Assembly: GCA_035250835.1 (NCBI GenBank)
Contig: DATFET010000271.1
Span: 1-32,764, forward strand
Direction: 5' to 3'
Length of the DNA: 32,764 nt
Source: Anaerolineales bacterium
Lineage (GTDB): Bacteria > Chloroflexota > Anaerolineae > Anaerolineales > Villigracilaceae
Shown here: positions 10,019 through 17,252 of the stretch, piece by piece
How positions within the stretch are numbered: position 1 is the stretch's first letter
Layout: each line of letters opens with the position of its first letter
Translations under genes and position numbers: made by a program
The notes under the pieces: model-generated
The model's database searches: none
What the model saw: only the letters and a program-made list of their open reading frames with translations
What the model was told of the DNA's origin: nothing

Positions 10019-10340
10019 TCAAGACAGCCTGTACAATCTGTGCGACCTGGATAGTCGATAAAAACCCCAGTTTTTTGACCAATCTTTGATCAGATACTGA
10101 TCGTATTTGCAAGCCGTCAGCTGCAGAGTCTTTACTCAAGCCATTTTGTGGATCGCAGTCAATACGAACCATCCAGGGTGCACTGGCATATCTATCCTTC
10201 CATTCGGTTAAGGGAACAACAACCTTCAGGGGTAAGATGCCCACTAGATCGCTGCTCACGATGACGGCCGGACGCGTTTTGCGAATTTCTGACCCGATTG
10301 TTGGATCGAGGTTTACGAGCCAGATGTCACCCCTCTGCAT
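10002..10340 (-). CDS. Type II toxin, PemK/MazF family endoribonuclease (112 aa; start reassigned to 10340)
   Basis: MQRGDIWLVNLDPTIGSEIRKTRPAVIVS...VVPLT...QIRSVSDQRL is the PemK/MazF signature; overlaps the antitoxin stop. Confidence 0.92.
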   Translation of the reverse strand: MQRGDIWLVNLDPTIGSEIRKTRPAVIVSSDLVGILPLKVVVPLTEWKDRYASAPWMVRIDCDPQNGLSKDSAADGLQIRSVSDQRLVKKLGFLSTIQVAQIVQAVLNVLQR

Positions 10341-10590
10341 TAATTTCATCCTCGAAAAGGAAATTTTCACCATCAAGGGCAGTGAAATCGGTGAATGAGG
10401 GATCTGTCTGGTAATCTGCTTGAAGTTCACGAGCTGCAATCAGCATCTGTCGTCGTTGACGATATAGAAGTTCGCGGTCAATCATCTCTCGTACAATTTC
10501 AGATAGACTACGCTTTTCCTCCTCAGCAATCTGGGAAAGAGTCTCGTGCTGCTTTTTGCCAAGGAGAATTTGAGTTCTATATAGTTCCAT
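10327..10590 (-). CDS. Putative ribbon-helix-helix antitoxin
   Basis: 87 aa; RTQILL beta strand plus SLSEIVREMID helix; acidic C-terminus; directly upstream of the toxin with a 14-nt overlap; AGGAG RBS. Confidence 0.8.
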   Translation of the reverse strand: MELYRTQILLGKKQHETLSQIAEEEKRSLSEIVREMIDRELLYRQRRQMLIAARELQADYQTDPSFTDFTALDGENFLFEDEINAEG

Positions 10591-10601
10591 ACTGCCGCTC
10601 C

Positions 10602-10653
10602 TGTGTATTTATATTACACATATATTATACACCTCAATATGGCATCTGGTAAA
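10602..10653 (-). promoter_or_regulatory. TA promoter with candidate operator
   Basis: Minus strand TTTACC-18 nt-TATAAT (10629-10624); inverted repeat TGTGTA-N7-TACACA at 10602-10620 just downstream of the -10. Confidence 0.6.
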
Positions 10654-10713
10654 TACGAAAACACTTGTCTTACTTTTATAGATATTTAAATTTTTTGGTT
10701 CTGAACATTAACG

Positions 10714-10740
10714 AAAAATCCGATGAGGATTCATCGGATT
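10714..10740 (-). terminator. Intrinsic terminator after the small membrane ORF
   Basis: 10-bp stem AATCCGATGA-N4-TCATCGGATT ending in a T run on the minus strand. Confidence 0.6.
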
Positions 10741-10778
10741 CAGGTCAGGAATCCAAGAGACTGACTTTGATGCTTAAC

Positions 10779-10949
10779 TTACTTCAGGATGAACGACAGA
10801 ATCATCAGCACAGTGATGAAAAAACCCGCCAGCGTACCGATACGCTTCAGGTCCTTTTTGACATCGCTGTAATCCGGGTTGAACTCAGTGCGTGAGCTCG
10901 CCGCCGGAGTCACACTTACTGTTGTCGTTCGCTTGGTTCTTTTTGCCAT
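10779..10949 (-). CDS. Small (56 aa) membrane protein with one C-terminal TM helix; not in the ORF track
   Basis: Translated by hand: MAKRTKRTTTVSVTPAASSRTEFNPDYSDVKKDLKRIGTLAGFFITVLMILSFILK; AAGGAAAGGA RBS; downstream terminator. Confidence 0.8.
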   Translation of the reverse strand: MAKRTKRTTTVSVTPAASSRTEFNPDYSDVKKDLKRIGTLAGFFITVLMILSFILK

Positions 10950-10983
10950 TTTTTGTTCCTTTCCTTATTTTATTGCACCCTGG

Positions 10984-11081
10984 GAAGCTCATCTCCTTGC
11001 CAATCAGGAGATTGCTTCGCCTTTGGTTTCGATACGGGCGAGACGAATGCTCGCCTTATCCAATCAACGGCTCGCAATGAC
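10984..11081. repeat. Degenerate palindromic REP/RPE-like element, copy 1
   Basis: Shares ATCTCCT, CAGGAGATTGCT and TCGCAATGAC with 16442-16540; nested hairpin GGCGAG-N7-CTCGCC at 11037-11055. Confidence 0.7.
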
Positions 11082-11085
11082 TTCT

Positions 11086-11982
11086 TCAATTTTGTAACCG
11101 CGCAAAGACCACAATGCGCTGGTCATCTACAAGATAGGGATAACACGAGATCAACGTTACCGTTGGGCTTCCTGTGGACGCCATCACTTCCACCGCGGTC
11201 GGCTCCACCAGAGCCGTGCGGTCCACAACATAGGTGTACTGTCGCTGCTGTGTATATAAAACTACCTGGTCGCCGGGCTGCAGCTTGTCCAGGTAACGGA
11301 ACAGTTCGCCGTACACATCGTTGTGAGCCGACAAAATCACATTGCCGTTCTGCCCGGGATTGGCCGAACCGACATTTTGTCCAACACCCTTCTTGAGCTG
11401 CTCCCAGCCATCCCCCTGTACGACCGGCGCATCGATCTCGATCGCGGGGATCTGGATGCGGATCGCCTGGTCAGGTGCGGCTGTGGGGATCGGGATGTTC
11501 GCAAGCGACTGGACCATCGGCTGGAGGTGAGAGGGAATCTCCTCCGTGTTCGGCCGCGTATTTCCCTGGGCATCGGGCGGTGTGTGTCCCGAAGGCAGCA
11601 CGACCGCCATCACCAGTGGGGTGGGCGTGAGCGTCTCCTGGATCAGAGCGGAGGCGACCTCCTCATTCAGGTCCTGCAGGATGCCGAGCCCGCTGATGAG
11701 GACGCCGACAAGTCCCACCACCGCCAGGACTTCCACGACCAAAAGCAGGCGGTCGAACACCCGTCGGCGCTTCGAACCGGGGACTTGAGTTTGATCGCTG
11801 TCACCCTCGAGTGTTTCCACCACCGGAACGGATTCCTCCAGCGCATCAGGCTCAACGTCTACCACGCGGCCTGTTCTTTTAAAGTGCTCCAGCCGCTCAC
11901 GCCGTGCGCCGCGCCGCTTTTCGATCAACAGGCGGCGTAATTCCTCAACAGACATGTCTTCGGGCGCTTTACGTCTGGGCAT
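11086..11982 (-). CDS. Sortase (class D/E-like) with cytoplasmic N-terminal extension and one TM anchor
   Basis: RIQIPAI, catalytic His in LSAHND, TLISC, Arg in QRIVV; TM segment RLLLVVEVLAVVGLVGVLISGLG; start placed at MPRRK. Confidence 0.9.
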   Translation of the reverse strand: MPRRKAPEDMSVEELRRLLIEKRRGARRERLEHFKRTGRVVDVEPDALEESVPVVETLEGDSDQTQVPGSKRRRVFDRLLLVVEVLAVVGLVGVLISGLGILQDLNEEVASALIQETLTPTPLVMAVVLPSGHTPPDAQGNTRPNTEEIPSHLQPMVQSLANIPIPTAAPDQAIRIQIPAIEIDAPVVQGDGWEQLKKGVGQNVGSANPGQNGNVILSAHNDVYGELFRYLDKLQPGDQVVLYTQQRQYTYVVDRTALVEPTAVEVMASTGSPTVTLISCYPYLVDDQRIVVFARLQN

Positions 11983-12116
11983 GGCGAGGCGATTATACCG
12001 CAAGGACATTGAAACTTTTTGGCGCTGGTCGTTCCGGAAAATGGATTATGAGAGTTTGGTAAGAGCTAGAACATACGTTTCATCTGAGTTAAGTATACAA
12101 AGGAAGAGAGTAAAGA

Positions 12117-13139
12117 ATGCAGACCAGCGTGATCAATCTTATTCGTGAAGGGCTGCTCGAGAAGAAGGAAAATCTCGAGCAATGGCAGACGGCAACACAG
12201 CAATCCGAAAAGCAGATCGACCTCGGATTTGCCGATGAATCGGCTGTGCAGGCAGAATTGGAGTTAATCGATGTCTCCCTGCAGAAAATGGAGACGGGAG
12301 AGTACGGCATCTGCAAGGTCTGTCACGATACAGTCGATGCCGAGCTTCTGCAAATGGACTTCACTGCCACAGTCTGTCTCGGTCACTTCACGGAGGATGA
12401 GCTTCGGCAGCTGGAGAGCGAGCTGGAACTGTCCCAGGTCATACAGCGCGCCCTGCTGCCACAACAGGTACCGACCCTCTCAGGCTACGACATCGCAGCC
12501 TTCAGTCGTCCCGCACAGATCGTCACGGGCGATTACTTCGACTTCCTGCAGCTCGACGACGGCACCCACGGCCTGGTCGTCGGGGATGTCAGCGGGCATG
12601 GCGTCGCCGCTGGCATGCTAATGACCAACTTACAGACCGTGTTCCATACTCTGGCGCCTGAAACCGATTCCCCGGTCGATGTGCTGAAGCGGATCAACCG
12701 TTTGTATGTCCATAACATCAACTTCTCCACATTCGTGACGCTCTTCTTCGCCAAACTCGATCCTCACGCACGGACGCTGAGTTATGCCAGTGCCGGGCAC
12801 AACCCTCCCCTGCTGTATCGCTCCTCCACAAGTGAGAGCGCCTGGCTGAAACCCACAGGTGCAGCGATCGGTCTCATGGCGGACTATAGGATCCGGTCGG
12901 AGAGCCTTCAGCTAATGGAAGGAGATGTCCTTCTGTTATATACAGATGGTGTCATCGAGGCCATCAACCCTCAGGGTACTGAACAGTTTGGATATGACAG
13001 GCTGCTCGATATCGTTCAACAGAACGCGGGATCGTCCGCTAGTCAGCTGATTCAGAATATCCGCCAGGCATTGAATGACTTTACCCAGGGCAGCCTGCTT
13101 GCCGATGACATCACTCTGGTGATCTGTAAAGTCAACTAA
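12117..13139 (+). CDS. SpoIIE/RsbU-type PP2C phosphatase with N-terminal DksA/TraR-like zinc finger
   Basis: GDYFDF, GDVSGHG, SAGHNPP, YTDGVIE and DDITL motifs; N-terminal YGIC-x2-C-x17-C-x2-H. Confidence 0.88.
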   Translation: MQTSVINLIREGLLEKKENLEQWQTATQQSEKQIDLGFADESAVQAELELIDVSLQKMETGEYGICKVCHDTVDAELLQMDFTATVCLGHFTEDELRQLESELELSQVIQRALLPQQVPTLSGYDIAAFSRPAQIVTGDYFDFLQLDDGTHGLVVGDVSGHGVAAGMLMTNLQTVFHTLAPETDSPVDVLKRINRLYVHNINFSTFVTLFFAKLDPHARTLSYASAGHNPPLLYRSSTSESAWLKPTGAAIGLMADYRIRSESLQLMEGDVLLLYTDGVIEAINPQGTEQFGYDRLLDIVQQNAGSSASQLIQNIRQALNDFTQGSLLADDITLVICKVN

Positions 13140-13163
13140 ATTCAGTTGTCTTTAAGGGTTGCA

Positions 13164-13192
13164 TTGCCAAAATTGCCCGCCCTCGTTATAAT
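13164..13192 (+). promoter_or_regulatory. Sigma70 promoter of tRNA-Val
   Basis: TTGCCA-17 nt-TATAAT, 11 nt before the tRNA. Confidence 0.75.
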
Positions 13193-13203
13193 GTCAATCC
13201 TTC

Positions 13204-13277
13204 GGGCGGGTAGCTCAGTTGGTTAGAGCACTGCTTTGACATAGCAGAGGTCGTAGGTTCGAGCCCTATCTCGCCCA
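13204..13277 (+). tRNA. tRNA-Val (GAC); 3' CCA not encoded
   Basis: Acceptor GGGCGGG/CTCGCCC, D arm TAGCTCAGTTGGTTAGAGC, anticodon arm CTGCT-TTGACAT-AGCAG, T loop GGTTCGAGCC; discriminator A followed by CAA. Confidence 0.96.
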
Positions 13278-13278
13278 C

Positions 13279-13310
13279 AAAAAGTCCCTGATAAAGGGAC
13301 TTTTTTCTTT
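13279..13310 (+). terminator. Intrinsic terminator after tRNA-Val
   Basis: AAAAAGTCCCT-GATAA-AGGGACTTTTT followed by more T. Confidence 0.85.
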
Positions 13311-13511
13311 AAAACTTTTGCCAAAAGTGGAAGTCGAAATTTTGAAACTCATACGCTTGGATATGGATTCTCCGTACGCTCGACGACCTTATATTTTAGG
13401 GGAGAAAAACAACATGTTTCAATCTATCCAAATTAAGATATAACGCGGTGGAATTGCCCTCGTTGTGTTAATCGAAATGTGGCTTTTTGATTTGATATAT
13501 ATGGAGAAAGA

Positions 13512-14096
13512 ATGTTCATTGACTATTTAACCCTGATCATGATCAATATGGTCGCAGGTACCGCCCTGCTGGCGTATTACCTGTGGCGCGGTTTGGATGA
13601 CACTGATCAAAGACCTTATGCGGCCGCGTTTTTCGGTGTCGGCCTAGTAGCTTTGATCACCGGCCTGCACATGTCATTTAACTGGCCGCTGCCTGGCAGC
13701 TACAACATCGGATATGGAGAGGCTACCACCCTGTTTGGGGTGGTCTTTCTGACAACCAGTCTGGCGCTGTGGCAGGGCTGGAGTTTGATCCCTGTAGCAA
13801 TCTATGCCTTCTTTGCCGGAATCGATGCGATTATTGTGGGTCTTCGTATTTTCTCTCTACAGCTTACGAAAGAACCAATGATATCGGCAGTCGGTTTCAT
13901 CCTAGCTGGGTTGGGAGGTGTGGCTGCCGCGCCGTTCTTCCTTTGGTTCAGGAATAACAGGACGGTCCGCTGGGTTGGTATCCTGCTTCTGTTGGCGACG
14001 GCAGCGTTGTGGGCAGTCACTTTCTATGGTTCACTTTGGACTCATATGGAATCTTTCCAAGATTGGGTCCCACCGACCATGAGCGGAGGTAGTTAG
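13512..14096 (+). CDS. Integral membrane protein, DUF981-like
   Basis: About 6 TM helices; MFIDYLTL start and WPLPGSYNIxYGE motif recalled for DUF981; GGAGA RBS. Confidence 0.7.
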   Translation: MFIDYLTLIMINMVAGTALLAYYLWRGLDDTDQRPYAAAFFGVGLVALITGLHMSFNWPLPGSYNIGYGEATTLFGVVFLTTSLALWQGWSLIPVAIYAFFAGIDAIIVGLRIFSLQLTKEPMISAVGFILAGLGGVAAAPFFLWFRNNRTVRWVGILLLLATAALWAVTFYGSLWTHMESFQDWVPPTMSGGS

Positions 14097-14127
14097 ACCG
14101 TAAGGAAACTCTCCCTGTTTTTTGCGC

Positions 14128-14155
14128 TTGACAATCCAAACAGCCAGCTTATAAT
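14128..14155 (+). promoter_or_regulatory. Sigma70 promoter of the thrS leader
   Basis: Consensus TTGACA-16 nt-TATAAT. Confidence 0.85.
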
Positions 14156-14169
14156 AAGTCAACGATATT

Positions 14170-14430
14170 AAACGCTTCGACCGGGACGAGTAAATGGTCT
14201 ACACCTGACAGAGAGAAAAGGTCACAGGTTGAGATCCTTTTCCAGGGAATCCCATTGAAAACCACCCGCGAGCGTGAAGCAGAACGTAGGTATGGGTAGC
14301 TGCCCATCCGTACAAGTAAGCAGAACGGGTTGCTCCGTTAGAGGCACAAGAGGTACTCCCTTTGGGAGTAATTCGGGTGGAACCGCGTGAATCGAATTCT
14401 CGCCCCGTGTTCGGGCGAGTTTTTGTTTTT
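14170..14430 (+). ncRNA. T-box riboswitch, Thr specifier ACC, transcriptional attenuator
   Basis: AGTA bulge, AGAGAG box, GGTTGAGA apical motif, specifier ACC at 14261-14263, T-box GGGTGGAACCGCG at 14375-14387, terminator CTCGCCC-N7-GGGCGAG-TTTTTG; upstream of thrS. Confidence 0.92.
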
Positions 14431-14432
14431 AA

Positions 14433-14477
14433 GCACAAAGGATTTTCTTTGTGTTCCTTAGTGCCCTTTGTGGTGAG
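14433..14477 (-). repeat. Short approximately 9-mer tandem repeat with partial inverted copy
   Basis: Minus strand ACCACAAAG-GGCACTAAG-GAACACAAAG; plus strand GCACAAAGGA can pair with TCTTTGTGT. Confidence 0.55.
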
Positions 14478-14493
14478 AAAGCTGGAGGTCGCC

Positions 14494-14547
14494 ATGATCG
14501 CAGATGACACTACCCTCACTCATCAGCGGCTCGGAGGCTGGACATAA
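14494..14547 (+). CDS. Putative Thr-rich leader peptide (17 aa)
   Basis: GGAGG RBS 5 nt before ATG; MIADDTTLTHQRLGGWT with 4 Thr codons; lies between the T-box terminator and thrS. Confidence 0.45.
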   Translation: MIADDTTLTHQRLGGWT

Positions 14548-14628
14548 CATAAGCTGTCGCTGCCGTCTGTTCGAGCCGCGCCAGGTCTCTATGGCGGCAG
14601 CAACTCTAAGTCTGGAAAGGAAGCGAAA

Positions 14629-16440
14629 ATGTCACAACAAGTTCAGGAAAAATATGAGGAGTCCTATCTCTATAAAATCCGGCATTCCGCCGCGCATGTC
14701 ATGGCGCAGGCTGTCGTCGAAATGATCCCCGGGGCCAAGTACACGATCGGTCCACCGGTGGAAAATGGCTTTTATTACGATTTCGACCTGCCGCGCAACC
14801 TCACACCCGAAGACCTTGGGCAGATCGAAAAGCGGATGCGACAAATCGTTCAGGGTAAACATGAATTCAGGAAGACGGTCATTTCGGCAGAAGAGGCGAA
14901 GAAAATCTTTGCCGACCAGCCTTACAAACTGGAGTTGATCGAAGGGCTCGAGCATGGCGGCTTTGACGAGTATGGGAATCCGCTCAAGGAGAAGCCCGAG
15001 ATCTCGATCTATCAGCATGACACGTTCACAGACCTGTGCCGTGGACCGCACGTGCAAAACACCAAAGAGATCAAGCAGGATGCATTCAAGCTGATGAACA
15101 TTGCCGGCGCTTACTGGCGCGGCGATGAGAAAAACAAGATGCTGCAGCGGGTCTATGGCACAGCCTGGGAAAACGCCCAGCAGTTGAAGGACTATCTCCA
15201 TCAACTGGAGGAAGCCAAAAAACGCGACCATCGCAAGCTGGGCCGGGAACTGGAGATCTTCATCTATGACGATGAAGTGGGACCCGGTTTGCCTTTGTGG
15301 CTCCCGAACGGCGGCGTGATGATCGATGAACTGGAAAAGCTCGCCAAGGAGATGGAGGATCAGGCTGGCTATATGCGCGTCAAGACGCCGCATCTGACGA
15401 AGGAGGACCTGTTCCTTCGCTCGGGCCACCTGCCCTACTATGCAGAGAGCATGTACCCCCCGATGGAAATCGAGGGCGTGAAGTACTACGTCAAGCCGAT
15501 GAACTGCCCGATGCACCACAAGATCTTTGGTTCGAAGGGACGCTCCTACCGTGACCTCCCCATCCGCCTCGCTGAATACGGGACGTGCTATCGTTATGAA
15601 AAATCAGGTGAGCTGTTCGGCCTGATGCGCGTCCGCTCGATGCAGATGAACGACGCTCACATCTACGTCTCGGAGGATCAGTTTGAGGAGGAGTTCCTGG
15701 CGGTCGTGGGTATGTACCGCAACTACTTCGATCTATTTAGGATCGAGAAATATGTGATGCGCTTATCCCTGCACAGCAAGGCTGGACTTGGCAGGAAGTA
15801 TGTGGACAATGAGCGGTTATGGCTCAAGACGGAAGAGTTGGTCCGCCGCGCAATGAACAGAGGCAATGTGCCTTATGTGGAAGCCGAGGATGAAGCCGCG
15901 TTCTATGGACCCAAGATCGATGTGCAGGTCTGGAGCGCTATCGGAAAAGAGTTCTCTCTGATGACGAACCAGGTGGACTTTGCTGTCCCGGAGCGATTCG
16001 ATTTGAAGTTCACGAACCGCGAAGGCAATGAGGAAGTTCCGCTGTGCATCCACCGCGCCCCTCTCAGCACGCATGAGCGCATGGTTGGATTCCTGATCGA
16101 GCATTACGCCGGCAACTTCCCGGTCTGGCTCTCGCCTGAGCAGGTGCGCGTCATCCCGATCACGGATGGACAGAATGAGTATGCCAATGGCATTGTCAAA
16201 CAACTGCGGGAGAATGGCATCCGTGCCCATGCCGATATCAGCGCCCAGCGCATGAATGCCAAGATCCGACAGGCACAGTTAATGAAAGTGCCGTATATGC
16301 TCGTGATCGGAGAAAATGAAATGAACGCAGGGCAGGTCTCCCTGCGCGCGCGCGACGGGAGCCAGCAGAATAACATTCCTGTGGCAGAGTTCATGGCGCG
16401 GGCAAAGGACAGGATCGCCAGACGAGCGCCGGAACTGTAA
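14629..16440 (+). CDS. thrS: Threonine--tRNA ligase (lacks N-terminal TGS domain)
   Basis: RHSAAH and DLCRGPH editing motifs, RDHRKLG, KPMNCP, FYGPKID, IHRA; C-terminal anticodon-binding domain. Confidence 0.98.
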   Translation: MSQQVQEKYEESYLYKIRHSAAHVMAQAVVEMIPGAKYTIGPPVENGFYYDFDLPRNLTPEDLGQIEKRMRQIVQGKHEFRKTVISAEEAKKIFADQPYKLELIEGLEHGGFDEYGNPLKEKPEISIYQHDTFTDLCRGPHVQNTKEIKQDAFKLMNIAGAYWRGDEKNKMLQRVYGTAWENAQQLKDYLHQLEEAKKRDHRKLGRELEIFIYDDEVGPGLPLWLPNGGVMIDELEKLAKEMEDQAGYMRVKTPHLTKEDLFLRSGHLPYYAESMYPPMEIEGVKYYVKPMNCPMHHKIFGSKGRSYRDLPIRLAEYGTCYRYEKSGELFGLMRVRSMQMNDAHIYVSEDQFEEEFLAVVGMYRNYFDLFRIEKYVMRLSLHSKAGLGRKYVDNERLWLKTEELVRRAMNRGNVPYVEAEDEAAFYGPKIDVQVWSAIGKEFSLMTNQVDFAVPERFDLKFTNREGNEEVPLCIHRAPLSTHERMVGFLIEHYAGNFPVWLSPEQVRVIPITDGQNEYANGIVKQLRENGIRAHADISAQRMNAKIRQAQLMKVPYMLVIGENEMNAGQVSLRARDGSQQNNIPVAEFMARAKDRIARRAPEL

Positions 16441-16441
16441 T

Positions 16442-16540
16442 ATGTCATTGCGAGGAATGAGTGACGAAGCAATCTCCTCCTAAACAGGAGATTGCTCGCC
16501 AAAGGCACGCTACGCCTCTCAACCCTCTTCGCAATGACAT
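16442..16540. repeat. Palindromic REP/RPE-like element, copy 2
   Basis: 12-bp terminal inverted repeat ATGTCATTGCGA/TCGCAATGACAT; inner 11-bp stem AGCAATCTCCT/AGGAGATTGCT; starts 2 nt after the thrS stop. Confidence 0.8.
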
Positions 16541-16551
16541 CAGGTATTTTG

Positions 16552-16581
16552 TTGACGATTCAAGCGCCTTCATGGTATTAT
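16552..16581 (+). promoter_or_regulatory. Candidate infC promoter
   Basis: TTGACG-18 nt-TATTAT with TG extended -10. Confidence 0.6.
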
Positions 16582-16637
16582 CTGTCCGCTCAAAAACCAG
16601 CCCGGGGCTGGTTACCTGTTTGAATTAGGAGAAACTT

Positions 16638-17252
16638 ATCAGCACTACAGAATTTCGAGTAAATGAGGGCATCCGCGTCAACGAGGTCCGTCTGATCGGT
16701 CCGGATGGCAGCAATGTTGGAGTCGTACCGATACGCCAGGCCCTGCAGATCGCACGCGACGCCGAGCTGGATCTTGTCGAAGTTTCACCGACCGCCAATC
16801 CACCTGTCTGCCGTGTCATCGATTATGGCAAGTTCGTCTATGAACGGGCGAAGAAGGAACGTGAGGCTCGCAAGTCCCAGACCAAGATCGAAGTTAAAGA
16901 AATCCGCCTGCGACCCAAGACCAATGAAGCTCACCGCGGTTTCAAAGTAGACGATGCCCGCCGCTGGCTACTACAGGGACACAAAGTCCGTGTAACGATC
17001 AAGTTCCGCGGCCGCGAGATGGATTACCCCGAGATCGCTCTCGAAGATCTGAAGGAGATTGCAACCGCCCTGGCCGATGTCGCTTCCATCGAGGTCCCGC
17101 CGCAAATGGAAGGACGGACAATGCTCGTGGTGCTGGCTCCCAATAAAGGCGGAGCCAAGAAGAAGGAAAAGAGCGAACAGCCCGAAGGTCGCACACAGGC
17201 TCCGGCTGAAAAGGCGAGTGCTGAGCCCAGTCGAAGCGAAGCGCAAGCCTGA
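16638..17252 (+). CDS. infC: Translation initiation factor IF-3, ATC start codon (204 aa)
   Basis: AGGAG-6 nt-ATC, then STTEFRVNEGIRVNEVRLIGPDG...LDLVEVSP...PPVCRVIDYGKF...KEIRLRPK...KFRGRE; in frame with track ORF 17019..17252; thrS-infC-rpmI-rplT order. Confidence 0.95.
   Translation: MSTTEFRVNEGIRVNEVRLIGPDGSNVGVVPIRQALQIARDAELDLVEVSPTANPPVCRVIDYGKFVYERAKKEREARKSQTKIEVKEIRLRPKTNEAHRGFKVDDARRWLLQGHKVRVTIKFRGREMDYPEIALEDLKEIATALADVASIEVPPQMEGRTMLVVLAPNKGGAKKKEKSEQPEGRTQAPAEKASAEPSRSEAQA

Noticed and set aside
10341-10439. N-terminal extension of the toxin in the ORF track
   Set aside because: Lies inside the antitoxin gene; family homology starts at MQRGD (10340).
10665-11097. Plus-strand ORFs 10665..10895, 10879..11097 and 10892..11080
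   Set aside because: Antisense to the better-supported 56-aa ORF and overlapping a repeat element.
13204-13500. tRNA-Val as an integration site for an island
   Set aside because: No integrase and no duplicated tRNA 3' end seen in the window; a normal terminator follows the tRNA.
14199-14519. ORFs across the thrS leader (14199..14519 minus strand; full-length 14362..14547)
   Set aside because: The region is explained by the T-box RNA; only the RBS-preceded 14494..14547 part is kept.
16625-17018. infC as pseudogene or truncated gene
   Set aside because: The frame is open from ATC 16638 to 17252; the apparent gap comes from the non-canonical start.
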